Source: Candidatus Altiarchaeales archaeon WOR_SM1_SCG (GTDB lineage Archaea; Altiarchaeota; Altiarchaeia; IMC4; WOR-SM1-SCG). Taken from it: a stretch of DNA of 60,809 nt. A program made the position numbers and the translations under genes. Location of the stretch: positions 1 to 60,809 of the forward strand of contig MCBE01000217.1 in NCBI GenBank assembly GCA_001723845.1. The letters are read 5' to 3'. A model generated the notes under the pieces. It was given only the letters and a program-made list of their open reading frames with translations. It did no database searches and was not told the DNA's origin. Below are positions 11,336 to 21,286 of the stretch, piece after piece (the first letter of the stretch is position 1; each line of letters opens with the position of its first letter).

Positions 11336-11491
11336 CATTGGGGCAAGTTCCAATGTATCAAATAAATTTTATTTTTATTTTTTAATCTGGTTTTGGTGTC
11401 GTCCCGGTTGCCATGCCCCTTAATATTTATTTTTATTTTTTAATCTGGTTTTGGTGCCGTTCCTGTTTGACCCCGATGCTCTGCATCGGGG
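11336..11491. repeat. Two palindromes flanking a 58-bp-period direct repeat
   Basis: TACATTGG..CCAATGTA; repeat units ~11368-11409 and ~11426-11467; CCCCGATGC-tct-GCATCGGGG. Confidence 0.75.
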
Positions 11492-11795
11492 AATACTTGA
11501 TTTAACTGTCGTTTAAGTTCTTCATGAATTGTATCTATATTGTTCTCAATACTCTTTAATACTCTTTAATTCTTCATTTACCCCATTAGATGTCACTATT
11601 ACTTATTTTTAAGTTATTAACATTCAGAGATAAAAAAGGTTATTTTAACTTGTTTCACAATTTCATATAATGACCATTAACCAAACTTTTTACTCGTTCA
11701 ACCCATTATTCCAGAGTTAAATCAAACTTTCTGTAAATTAAATATATACATTATTTAAATATTAATACGAGATTTAAAAATAAAAATCTTTCACC

Positions 11796-11958
11796 TTAAA
11801 AAATGTACGACACCTACGCGAGACCAGAGGAACACATAATTGCCGATTATTATGTTGAAAGCACCTACCCGTTAATGAAAATCGGCAGGATGATTGCAGC
11901 AGAGGAATCAACCGGCTCATGGGTAATTTCAGAGCGCGAGACAAAGGAATTGATAGAA
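11796..11958 (+). pseudogene. Displaced copy of 5' end of RuBisCO-family gene
   Basis: Nearly identical to 14018-14180 (first 52 codons). Confidence 0.95.
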
Positions 11959-12012
11959 GAATTAAAAATCAATTTATTTTCTCAAAATTAATAATAATTA
12001 TAATTTGAAATA

Positions 12013-12372
12013 ATGAAACAAGAGATTAAAAATTGGCTAAAAAAAGCAGAGCATGATTTTGTTACATCCAAGGTGAATTTTCAACAGGAAATTTACGACG
12101 CATCTGCCTTTTTCTGCCAGCAGGCAGTGGAGAAGGCACTAAAAGCGTTATACATCCGGAAATTTGAGAAACTCATCAGAACTCATGATCTGGTCTATCT
12201 CGGAAAGAAGGTTAACCTACCTGATGAATTATTGGAATTTTGCGATGAAATATCATCATTTTATATTGAAACAAGGTATCCCGACAGCTACGCTGAGTTT
12301 GAAAAGGACTATGTGGAGGATGCCATAAATAAAGCTGAGGAGGTGATAAAATGGGTGAAAGAAAACATTTAA
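12013..12372 (+). CDS. HEPN domain protein
   Basis: FFCQQAVEKALKA, RTHDL, ETRYPD. Confidence 0.9.
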   Translation: MKQEIKNWLKKAEHDFVTSKVNFQQEIYDASAFFCQQAVEKALKALYIRKFEKLIRTHDLVYLGKKVNLPDELLEFCDEISSFYIETRYPDSYAEFEKDYVEDAINKAEEVIKWVKENI

Positions 12373-12665
12373 TAGAAAACATAAGAAAATTTAAAAACAA
12401 TTTAAACAGGGAAAAAAGAATTGATAAAATCATATTATTCGGTTCAAGAGCCACCGGCAGGTCCCAAAAAGACAGCGATGCGGACTTGATAATCGTTTCC
12501 CCGTTTTTCAGGGAAATGAAATCCGGGAGAGCAAGAGGACTCCACAAATACTGGAACCTTGACATGCCGGTGGATTTTATCTGCTACACGCCGGAGGAGT
12601 TTGAAGAGAAGAGAAAACAGGTGTCGCTTGTTAGATTAGCTGTTGAGGAGGGGATTGAGATATGA
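12351..12665 (+). CDS. Minimal nucleotidyltransferase (MNT)
   Basis: ILFGSRATG..DSDADLII, YTPEEF. Confidence 0.9.
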   Translation: MGERKHLIENIRKFKNNLNREKRIDKIILFGSRATGRSQKDSDADLIIVSPFFREMKSGRARGLHKYWNLDMPVDFICYTPEEFEEKRKQVSLVRLAVEEGIEI

Positions 12666-12735
12666 GAAAAGTTTTGATAATAATATAACTCAATATATAT
12701 ATTTATAATTACTAAGATAGTTATTTTGATAGAAT

Positions 12736-13866
12736 ATGGCACTAATTGATATATTAAAGGAACCTTGGAATCTACTTAATAAACATTCGGCGGTAGGTGT
12801 TTTGATTGGGATAGTGGGTGTTTTGGTAGCGATTATCTCGCTTGTCCTATACATATTGAATAGTACACCAATAGATCCAATTTATGCTACAAGCCCATCG
12901 GAACTAATAGCAAAGACAGGTGAGAATGCTCCTCGCATGACTATCCTATGGGATGGTTCAGAAGTTTCAGATGTTAGGTCTGTAAAAGTTGCCTTTTGGA
13001 ATTCGGGGTCTGAATATATAGATGTCAAGAATATTCCAAAAGATAATCCAATTCAATTTGTACCTTCAGAAAAAGTTGAAATACTATCTGTAGAGTTATT
13101 AAAGTCAAGTAGGGAAAATTTGAAATTTAACACTTCAATCAAAGATGACTCAACATTGGGGCGACAAGTAGTTCAAGTTGACATTGTGGGTGATGAGGCG
13201 ATTGAACGACTGGATGGTGGGCTTTTTAAAGTCTTGTATACTGGAAAAGAAGAAAATGTTGAGTTTTCTGTAAATGGACGCATAAAAGGCGCACCTGAGG
13301 GGTTTAAGAAAAAGGATTGGAACGAAATTCAAAGATCTAAATTTATTAATTTTGGCTTTAGTTTTGTTGCGGGTATTTTTGCTATAATTGGTATCTCTTG
13401 GTACATTATTAGCCCACTTAAAAACGAAATAGAAAAGGGGTTGGATTTGTTTAGCTGGGATGATGTCCCTGGAAACGATAGTGAACACATGATAGAATTT
13501 TTAAAATATGATATGAAAATAGAATGGGTGGAAAATGCAGAAATCAAAAAAAGCGATGATGACAAAGTCATAACTGTTACAAATAGAGAGAACTCCATCG
13601 CATTCAACCTTAAAAAAGAAGAAAACAAAGTAACTCTGAAAATCAATGGTGTGAAGAGTCATGAATACATTTTGAAAGAAGATAAAGGTAATCTAAATAT
13701 ATACAATGATTTCTCTCTTAAAAACATTAGAGATGATCAGGACACATTCGGAAGATTATTGATATCTGCCCTAATATTATTATTTTTCATATATTTATCT
13801 GGCTCAAATATTATTGAATACTTTCATTATTTGGACATTCCCACTTGGCTTATTCACTTGGTATAG
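12736..13866 (+). CDS. Membrane protein (3 predicted TM) carrying an inserted YLFSW-type module
   Basis: Three hydrophobic segments; module lies between TM2 and TM3. Confidence 0.75.
   Translation: MALIDILKEPWNLLNKHSAVGVLIGIVGVLVAIISLVLYILNSTPIDPIYATSPSELIAKTGENAPRMTILWDGSEVSDVRSVKVAFWNSGSEYIDVKNIPKDNPIQFVPSEKVEILSVELLKSSRENLKFNTSIKDDSTLGRQVVQVDIVGDEAIERLDGGLFKVLYTGKEENVEFSVNGRIKGAPEGFKKKDWNEIQRSKFINFGFSFVAGIFAIIGISWYIISPLKNEIEKGLDLFSWDDVPGNDSEHMIEFLKYDMKIEWVENAEIKKSDDDKVITVTNRENSIAFNLKKEENKVTLKINGVKSHEYILKEDKGNLNIYNDFSLKNIRDDQDTFGRLLISALILLFFIYLSGSNIIEYFHYLDIPTWLIHLV
13444..13704 (+). mobile_element. In-frame insertion module, copy 1 (87 codons)
   Basis: DLFSWDDVPGND...KGNLNIY; 48/87 identical to 60390-60650 by manual ungapped alignment; ends 10/14 complementary. 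Confidence 0.65.
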
Positions 13867-14024
13867 AGGTTCATACAAATTTATTAACTCATAAGATGGT
13901 GATTTATTCCAGCGACTTCTCAACATCTGGAAACTGATTAGTACTAATTCTGATGAGAAATAAACTTGTAATTTCAATTAAATTCAGATTCTTTATTTTT
14001 GTTTAAAATTAAATATATTAAAAA

Positions 14025-15239
14025 ATGTACGACACATACGCAGACCCCGAGGAACACATAATTGCCGATTATTATGTTGAAAGCACATACCCGTTAATGA
14101 AAATCGGCAGGATGATTGCAGCAGAGGAATCAACCGGCTCATGGGTAATTTCAGAGCGCGAGACAAAGGAATTGATAGAAAAATACGGTGCTAAAGTTGT
14201 GGAAACAAATGAAGAGAAAAGCACTGTAAAAATTGCATACCCGATTATAAATTTAAATCCCGATGACGGTGTTGCACTGCTTCTGTCAACTGCTGCCGGG
14301 AACATTTTCGGGATGTCGGCGATAAAAAATATAAAACTGCTCGATCTAAAATTTCCAGAAAATTATGTAAAGGAATTTAAAGGTCCGAATTTTGGAATTG
14401 ATGGAATAAGAAAACTCGTTGGAACGGAAAAGTCAGGGCGTCCGCATGTCGGGACAATCATAAAGCCGGATGTCGGTCTTGAACCAGAAGAATTTGCAGA
14501 GACCTGCTATGAAGCGGCAACCGGCGGGTGTGATTTCATAAAGGATGATGAACTGCTTGGAAGCCCGGTTTACTGCACGAGAGAGGAAAGGGTCGCAGCA
14601 GTTATGGAAAAACTTGACATTGTAAAAGAGGAAACAGGAAGGAATGTTCTTTACGCCTGCAACATCACGACACGGGTTGATAAAATTCTTGATGCAGCAG
14701 ATATTGTCATGGACAACGGCGGGAACTGCGTGATGCTTAATTTCGTGACAACCGGGTTTTCCGCTCTGCGAGTCCTTTCCGAAAATACAAAACTCCCTGT
14801 ACACTGCCACAGGGACATGCACGCTGCGTTCACAAGAAACCCCAGGCACGGGATTGAGATGATGGTTGTTTCAGAACTTGTGCGTCTGTGCGGCGGCGAC
14901 CAATTACATACGGGAACCGCAGCAGGTAAGATGAGTGCTTCCGAGTACGGCGTCTTGAATTATAATAAATTCCTAACACAGGAATGGTTTCACTTCAAAA
15001 CGGTTTTTCCTGTCGCATCAGGCGGCGTTCACCCGGGAGTTGTTGAAAATAATATTAAAATTCTTGGTAATGATATTGTGCTTCAGGCAGGCGGAGGAAT
15101 CCACGGGCATCCGAGAGGAACAAGAGCAGGAGCTGTTGCGATGAAGCAAGCGGTTGATGCGGCAATGAAAGGGATTAAAATTGAAGAATATGCGAAAAGT
15201 CATGAGGAGTTGAGGTTGTGGGTTGAGAAAATGAAATAA
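14025..15239 (+). CDS. RuBisCO large-subunit family protein (form III-like or RLP)
   Basis: AAEESTG, GN, DFIKDDE, HCHR, LHTGT..GKM, VASGG, QAGGG; KPD in place of KPK. Confidence 0.9.
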   Translation: MYDTYADPEEHIIADYYVESTYPLMKIGRMIAAEESTGSWVISERETKELIEKYGAKVVETNEEKSTVKIAYPIINLNPDDGVALLLSTAAGNIFGMSAIKNIKLLDLKFPENYVKEFKGPNFGIDGIRKLVGTEKSGRPHVGTIIKPDVGLEPEEFAETCYEAATGGCDFIKDDELLGSPVYCTREERVAAVMEKLDIVKEETGRNVLYACNITTRVDKILDAADIVMDNGGNCVMLNFVTTGFSALRVLSENTKLPVHCHRDMHAAFTRNPRHGIEMMVVSELVRLCGGDQLHTGTAAGKMSASEYGVLNYNKFLTQEWFHFKTVFPVASGGVHPGVVENNIKILGNDIVLQAGGGIHGHPRGTRAGAVAMKQAVDAAMKGIKIEEYAKSHEELRLWVEKMK

Positions 15240-15284
15240 AATTTATAATTTAATTCTTAATCATAATTCTTAATATATACTAAA

Positions 15285-16259
15285 ATGGCAATGAACGAAC
15301 AGGAGGTCTATTCAAACGCGGGAAAAATTTATAAAATATTGCGAAATGAAATAGGAAAGGTTATTGTCGGGCAGGATGATGTCATGGAGCAGTTGATGAT
15401 TTCAATTATAACGGGAAGTCACGCGCTTGTTGAGGGTTTCCCCGGGCTTGGTAAGACAATGATTATAAGCACTATTTCAAAGGTAATGGATTTAAAATTT
15501 AAAAGAATTCAATGCACGCCGGACATCATGCCATCTGACATTACAGGGACATATATCGTTGAAGAAAGTGCGGACGGCAAAAAAAATTTCAGGTTTGAAA
15601 AGGGACCGATTTTTGCAAACATTATTCTTGCAGATGAAATAAATCGTGCGACTCCAAAAGCACAGTCCGCGCTTCTTGAGGCAATGCAGGAAAAGCAGGT
15701 TACGGTCGGGAACACAACCTATAAACTTGATATGCCCTTTTTTGTGCTTGCAACCCAGAACCCGATAGAAATGGAAGGTACATACCCGCTGCCTGAGGCG
15801 CAGGTTGACAGGTTCCTCCTTAAAATTTTAATTGATTACCCGACCCCGGCAGAAGAGGAAAAAATTGTTGATTTATACACGGGTGAGGAGAAACATGAGG
15901 TTAAAAAAATCCTTGACCGTGAGCGTCTTCTGGTTTTGCAGGGGCTTACAAGAAAAATGCCTATCGCAAATGATGTTAAAAATTATGCCTTAAAAATTAT
16001 CACCGCAACAAGACCTGCAAACAGCAGCACTGCAAAAAAGTACCTTGAATACGGCGCATCCCCGAGAGCGTCAATAGGAATAATTCTTGCTGCAAAAGCA
16101 AGTGCATTGGTTAACGGCAGGAATTATGTCGGCAAAGAAGACATCAAAAAAATGGCGTATCCTGTCCTGAGGCACAGGATTATATTGAATTTTGAGTCCG
16201 AGAGAAAGGGGGTTTCTGCTGATAAAATAATAAGGGAAATTATTGAAGGGGTGAAGTAA
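15285..16259 (+). CDS. MoxR-family AAA+ ATPase
   Basis: EGFPGLGKT, RIQCTPD, LADEINRA, ATQNPIEMEGTYPLPEAQVDRF. Confidence 0.95.
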   Translation: MAMNEQEVYSNAGKIYKILRNEIGKVIVGQDDVMEQLMISIITGSHALVEGFPGLGKTMIISTISKVMDLKFKRIQCTPDIMPSDITGTYIVEESADGKKNFRFEKGPIFANIILADEINRATPKAQSALLEAMQEKQVTVGNTTYKLDMPFFVLATQNPIEMEGTYPLPEAQVDRFLLKILIDYPTPAEEEKIVDLYTGEEKHEVKKILDRERLLVLQGLTRKMPIANDVKNYALKIITATRPANSSTAKKYLEYGASPRASIGIILAAKASALVNGRNYVGKEDIKKMAYPVLRHRIILNFESERKGVSADKIIREIIEGVK

Positions 16260-16692
16260 TTTTAATGAAATTCTTTTAATTGTTCGTGTATTAAATTTTG
16301 AAATTAAATTTTAATTGAATCAAAATTTAGTGAGTGGTATTAGTTAAAAAGTCCTGTTGCAATCCTGATTATGATGTTTCGGTTGTTTGGCGTTATTTGA
16401 ATTGAATGAAATTAAATGTTCCGTATGTTCCATAAAAAACATAAAAATTTCAAATAACTTTTAAAGATGTAATTTATTTATAATCTGTAACTAAAAAATT
16501 AAAAATTTTAATATCTGCTCGTATATGCTTCACTATCGTTCGCTATATCTCATCGTGTGACTCTGAGATGGCTCGCAGATGAGCAACTCATTAAGGAACG
16601 AAAAGGTCCGTAAAATTTTCCATTAAATTTTGATAAAATTTAAGGATCCTAAAAGGATAGTAAAATTTTGGGCTCCCGGAGGATGTAAGGAT

Positions 16693-16889
16693 ATGTTTGA
16701 CAACCACTTAGATGTGTATGCTACAATAATCTGATACGGATTAATTCAGGATTGACTATAAAAACAAAGAAAGGCGAGAGGAATATTAAAAGGACACCAT
16801 GTATGGCGGAGGGAATCACGAAACATGTATGGTCCTGGAGAGAATTACTAATGTTTAAGATTTTACCAACTATGGATTAGGACACTACC
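16693..16889 (+). mobile_element. IS1-family remnant (transposase C-terminus + right end)
   Basis: ..YNNLIR..RTPCMAEGITKHVWSWRELL..; ends GGACACTACC (reverse complement GGTAGTGTCC, IS1-type IR). Confidence 0.7.
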
Positions 16890-16973
16890 TAATTGCGGGA
16901 CTGAACAATAATCTTAAAAATCAAAATTTTAATTTTAATTCTAAAGTTATTTCCTTCAAATCTAAATTTTAAC

Positions 16974-17246
16974 ATGAATTGGGAACTTCCCGGATTACTC
17001 ACAGGAGCAATAACCGCGTCCGGTTTTTTACCTCAAATATGCATGGGTTACAAAACAAAACATCTAAATGACCTGTCGTAATTCATGTTAATCCTAATTT
17101 CTGTCGGAATGTCGCTCTGGTTTTTATATGGAATCCACCCGAACTCACTCCCGATTATTCTTGCAAATATTGCAGGAATCACATTTACAACAACCCTGAT
17201 TTTAATGAAATTTAAGTATGGTAATTCCAAAAATAAAAAGGCATAA
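16974..17246 (+). pseudogene. SemiSWEET/PQ-loop transporter with in-frame TAA at 17079-17081
   Basis: GFLPQI..KTKHLNDLS*FML..LWFLYG..PIILAN; 91 codons. Confidence 0.8.
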
Positions 17247-17298
17247 TTTAATTTCTAATTAATTGTATTGAAATCTAATTTTTAAAAATTAATGCACG

Positions 17299-18681
17299 AT
17301 GAGAACACACTATTCAAAACAGGTGACGCCTGATTTAGCCGGTGAAAAAGTAACGCTCTGCGGCTGGGCGCATGAATCAAGAGACATGGGAAAAATAAAA
17401 TTTTTAATTTTGCGAGACCGGGAGGGCGTAATACAGGTGCTCGGTAAAAAAGGCGAGACAAAAGAAGAGATGCTTTCAGCAATTGACAGCATTTCAAGGG
17501 AGTCGGTTGTGAAGGTTACGGGAATCGTTAAAGCCAGCAAAATGGCACCGGGAGGTGTTGAAGTCCTGCCGGAGTCAATTGAAGTAATAAGCGAAGCACT
17601 CTCGCCGCTGCCGCTTGATGTTACGGGAAAAGTCCAGGCAGATCTTGACACACGGCTCAACATGCGGTTTATGGACATCCGAAAGCCGGAAATTACCGCG
17701 ATATTCAGGATTAAAGATAAAATTCTAACAGCAGGAAGGGAATATTTTGAAAAACAGGATGATGAATTTATTGAAATTCACAGCCCGAAGATTATTGCAT
17801 CCGCATCCGAGGGAGGCACGGAATTGTTCCCGATCGCCTACTTTGACAAAGAAGCATTCCTTGCACAGTCGCCGCAGTTATACAAGCAGATGATGATGGC
17901 AACCGGATTTGACCGGGTTTATGAGGTCACAAATTATTTCAGGGCGGAAGAACACGACACATTCAGGCACTTGAACGAGGTTACTGCGTTTGATTCGGAG
18001 CAGGCATTCATCAATGATGAAAACGATGTCATGCAAACGGTTGAAGGGCTTGCGAGAGCCATGCTAACATGCGCCGCGGGATGCGAAAATGAGATTGAAA
18101 TTATAAATAATTATTATAAAAGAGCAAAAATTAAAGATAAAAACGGGCAGACAAAGAAACTTGAAATTAACGCCCCAAAAAAGAATTTTAGAAAAATTAC
18201 CTACGACGAAGCACTTGACCTTCTTTCAGCGGAAGGAAAAGAACTCCCGTGGGGCGAAGACCTTGACACTGAAAGCGAGAAAATATTAGGCAGAATAATC
18301 AGGGAAAAATTCAAAGACGATATTTATTTTATAACAAAATACCCTCTAAAAATTAAGCCGTTTTACACGATGCCTGGTAAAGCCCTTGATGACGAATGCG
18401 CCGATGATTCATATTCCCGCGCGTTTGACCTTGAATACAGGGGTGTTGAAGTGGTTTCCGGGAGCCAGAGGATTCATGATTACAATTTATTGAGCAGGCG
18501 ACTTGAGTATCACAACCTGAACCCGGAGAATTTTAAATCATATTTAAATTCATTCAGGTACGGGATGCCTCCGCACGGCGGATTCGGGCTTGGGATTGAC
18601 AGGATTTTAATGCAGATGTTTGAGGTGAATGTCAGGGAGGTTGTGCTGTTCCCGAGAGACAGGCACCGGCTGACGCCTTGA
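17299..18681 (+). CDS. aspS: Aspartyl-tRNA synthetase (archaeal type)
   Basis: FLILRDREG, LAQSPQLYKQ, FRAE, GMPPHGGFGLGIDR, LFPRD. Confidence 0.97.
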   Translation: MRTHYSKQVTPDLAGEKVTLCGWAHESRDMGKIKFLILRDREGVIQVLGKKGETKEEMLSAIDSISRESVVKVTGIVKASKMAPGGVEVLPESIEVISEALSPLPLDVTGKVQADLDTRLNMRFMDIRKPEITAIFRIKDKILTAGREYFEKQDDEFIEIHSPKIIASASEGGTELFPIAYFDKEAFLAQSPQLYKQMMMATGFDRVYEVTNYFRAEEHDTFRHLNEVTAFDSEQAFINDENDVMQTVEGLARAMLTCAAGCENEIEIINNYYKRAKIKDKNGQTKKLEINAPKKNFRKITYDEALDLLSAEGKELPWGEDLDTESEKILGRIIREKFKDDIYFITKYPLKIKPFYTMPGKALDDECADDSYSRAFDLEYRGVEVVSGSQRIHDYNLLSRRLEYHNLNPENFKSYLNSFRYGMPPHGGFGLGIDRILMQMFEVNVREVVLFPRDRHRLTP

Positions 18682-18734
18682 TCATTCACAAAACATTTTT
18701 TAAACTTGTAATTTAATTTTTAATATAGAAATGT

Positions 18735-18932
18735 ATGATGAAAAAATTCTGGGTTCACAAGGCAGATTCATTTAAGGAAGCCGAGGAATTTGACGGGAAA
18801 TATTATTCGGCAATGTCAGGGGAAGAGCGATTAGAGACAATGCAGTTTTTAAGGGAAATATACTATAAAATAAAAGGAGTTGAGAATGAAAGTAGAAAAG
18901 GACTACGAAGAGTTATTAGGGTTGTTCAATAA
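18735..18932 (+). CDS. Small protein paired with nucleotidyltransferase (TA-like)
   Basis: MSGEERLE motif; overlaps next gene. Confidence 0.65.
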   Translation: MMKKFWVHKADSFKEAEEFDGKYYSAMSGEERLETMQFLREIYYKIKGVENESRKGLRRVIRVVQ

Positions 18933-19338
18933 GAATAAGGTGAGGTATTGCATTGTCGGCGCTTATGCCGTGGCTTTTCATGCTGTTCCCAGATATTCAA
19001 AAGATATGGATATTCTAATTGAACCCGATGTAGAAAACGCTAAAAGAATTATTAAAGCACTCAATGAATTCGGGTTTGGAAGTTTAGATTTAACGGAAAA
19101 GGACTTTATTCAGGAAGGCAAAATTATTCAATTAGGTTATGAACCTGTTAGAATTGATATTTTAACATCTATAGAAGGATGCGGCTTTAAAGAGGTCTGG
19201 GAGAACAAAACTTGCGGCATGTATGGAAAACAAAAAGTGTTTTTTGTCGGAATAGATGAGTTGATAAAAAATAAGAAAGTTTCAGGGCGTAAGCAGGATG
19301 AAATAGATCTGGATATTTTATTATCTGGTAAAAAATAA
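18886..19338 (+). CDS. Nucleotidyltransferase-fold protein
   Basis: IVGAYAVAFH..RYSKDMD, NKKVSGRKQDEIDL. Confidence 0.8.
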   Translation: MKVEKDYEELLGLFNKNKVRYCIVGAYAVAFHAVPRYSKDMDILIEPDVENAKRIIKALNEFGFGSLDLTEKDFIQEGKIIQLGYEPVRIDILTSIEGCGFKEVWENKTCGMYGKQKVFFVGIDELIKNKKVSGRKQDEIDLDILLSGKK

Positions 19339-19392
19339 ATAAGATGAAGACATACAGATAAGAGTATGTGTCCAAAACAATTACTGCCATGT

Positions 19393-19446
19393 AATGTCGG
19401 GGAAGTTGTGCTGTTCCCGGGGGATCGGCACCGTCTGACGCCTTAA
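19393..19446 (+). repeat. Displaced copy of aspS 3' end
   Basis: 54 bp matching 18628-18681 through the stop codon. Confidence 0.9.
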
Positions 19447-19501
19447 AAATTTTAAAAGCCGATTAAATCACGCCAAATAATGTGATAACAGAATCAATAA
19501 A

Positions 19502-21229
19502 ATGAACCTATCAAAAATCATAAAAAAATTCGCGGTCCAGAACCGGCTGAAGCACGGCACGGCAAATGAAAAGGCAGTTATTGGAAAGGTTCTTGGCGAG
19601 ATTCCCGAAGCAAGAAAAAACATACCTGAAGTTATGCGGGAAATAGGGGAAGTGGTTTTCCAGGTAAATAACATGCAGGATGCGGAATTAAAAAATTACG
19701 AACTCGTAGAAACCGTGAAAAAAGAAAAATCAGAAATTCAGTTAAAAAATCCAAAGGAAGTTGTCATGCGTTTCGCACCGAACCCTTCGGGACCCCTGCA
19801 TATCGGGCATGCAAGAGCGGCAATCCTTAATAATGAACTCGTGAAAAAATATAAAGGAAAATTAATTCTCCGGGTTGAGGATACCGATCCGAAGAGGGTT
19901 GATGCTGAAGCGTACGGGATGATTGAGGATGACCTGAAACTTCTTGGAGTTGTTTGGCATGATAAGGTTCTTCAAAGCGACAGGATGGAAATTTATTATA
20001 AATTTTGCAGAAAATTAATTGAGCAGGGGAATGCTTATGTCTGCTGCTGCAATGAGGATGAATTTAAAAAATTAAAATTAAAATCACTTCCATGCCCTCA
20101 CAGGAATACATCTCCCGGCAAAAATTTAAAACTCTGCGATGAAATGAAATCATGGGCTGAAGGTCAGGGTTCCGTGAAATTGAAGACGGATTTGAATCAT
20201 AAAAACCCTGCTGTTCGCGACTTTCCGATTATGCGGATTGTTGAGAAAAAACACCCGAAATTGCAGGGCTGTAAAATTTATCCTTTAATGAACTTTTCCG
20301 TTGCCGTGGATGACCACCTGCTTGGAGTGACGCATGTATTAAGAGGGAAAGACCATATCATAAATACCGAGCGGCAGAGATACATTTATAAATATCTCCT
20401 GTGGAAAGAGCCGGAGTTCATTCACTACGGCTTGATGAAGGTTAAAGAGGTTTTAAGTACCAGCGAAATGCGAAAAGGAATTGAAGCCGGGAAATTTCGC
20501 GGCTGGGATGATCCCGCGTTGTGGACAATCAAAGCACTTATAAAAAAGGGCATCAGGGCTGATGCAATTAAAAATTATATTATAAATCTTGGAATGAAGG
20601 AAAAGGATATTGAATTCTCGCCTGAAAATTTGTATGCGGAAAATAAAAAGATTGTTGAGCCGACCGCTGACCGCTACTATTTTGTCCCGGAGCCAATTGA
20701 ACTTATCGTTGAGAATGTTCCTAAATTGAAGTTGAAAATACCTCTTCACAAGGATTTCCGGGAGCGCGGCAAGAGAGAATTTAATTTTAAATTTCGCGAA
20801 AGTTACGGGAATTTAAATTTTTACATTTCAAAAGAAGATGCCAGGGGATTAAAGGTCGGCGATTGCATAAGGTTGATGAATTTTATCGGGGTTAGGATTA
20901 CGGAAGTAACGGTTGAAAATAATGAAAATAAAAAATTAATTTCGGGATATATCAGAAATTCCGCGGGACCCATGGTTGAATTTGTTAATGAGGAAAAGGA
21001 CACGACAGAGGAGAGAGAACATATCGCCGGTGCAAAAAAAATCCAGTGGGTTTATGCCGACGGTGCGGTTGGGGCTGAAATCCGGACGGCGGGTAAAACC
21101 CTGGAGGGAGTGTGCGAGTCGGCATGCGGTAAATTGAGGGTTGATGATGTCATCCAGTTTGAGAGGATTGGGTTCTGCCGGCTTGATGAAATTAATGAAA
21201 AATTAATTTTCTGCTTCGGGCATAGGTAG
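19502..21229 (+). CDS. gltX: Glutamyl-tRNA synthetase (archaeal)
   Basis: RFAPNPSGPLHIGH, RVEDTDP, THVLRGKDH, LSTS, QFERIGF. Confidence 0.97.
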   Translation: MNLSKIIKKFAVQNRLKHGTANEKAVIGKVLGEIPEARKNIPEVMREIGEVVFQVNNMQDAELKNYELVETVKKEKSEIQLKNPKEVVMRFAPNPSGPLHIGHARAAILNNELVKKYKGKLILRVEDTDPKRVDAEAYGMIEDDLKLLGVVWHDKVLQSDRMEIYYKFCRKLIEQGNAYVCCCNEDEFKKLKLKSLPCPHRNTSPGKNLKLCDEMKSWAEGQGSVKLKTDLNHKNPAVRDFPIMRIVEKKHPKLQGCKIYPLMNFSVAVDDHLLGVTHVLRGKDHIINTERQRYIYKYLLWKEPEFIHYGLMKVKEVLSTSEMRKGIEAGKFRGWDDPALWTIKALIKKGIRADAIKNYIINLGMKEKDIEFSPENLYAENKKIVEPTADRYYFVPEPIELIVENVPKLKLKIPLHKDFRERGKREFNFKFRESYGNLNFYISKEDARGLKVGDCIRLMNFIGVRITEVTVENNENKKLISGYIRNSAGPMVEFVNEEKDTTEEREHIAGAKKIQWVYADGAVGAEIRTAGKTLEGVCESACGKLRVDDVIQFERIGFCRLDEINEKLIFCFGHR

Positions 21230-21286
21230 GAGAGGGAAGGTGAATTTTTAACCTGATTATTAACGATTTTGGTTTGTTTGTTGATG

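Noticed and set aside
11803-11991. 62-aa ORF as an independent gene
   Set aside because: It is the duplicated RuBisCO-family N-terminus running into unrelated sequence.
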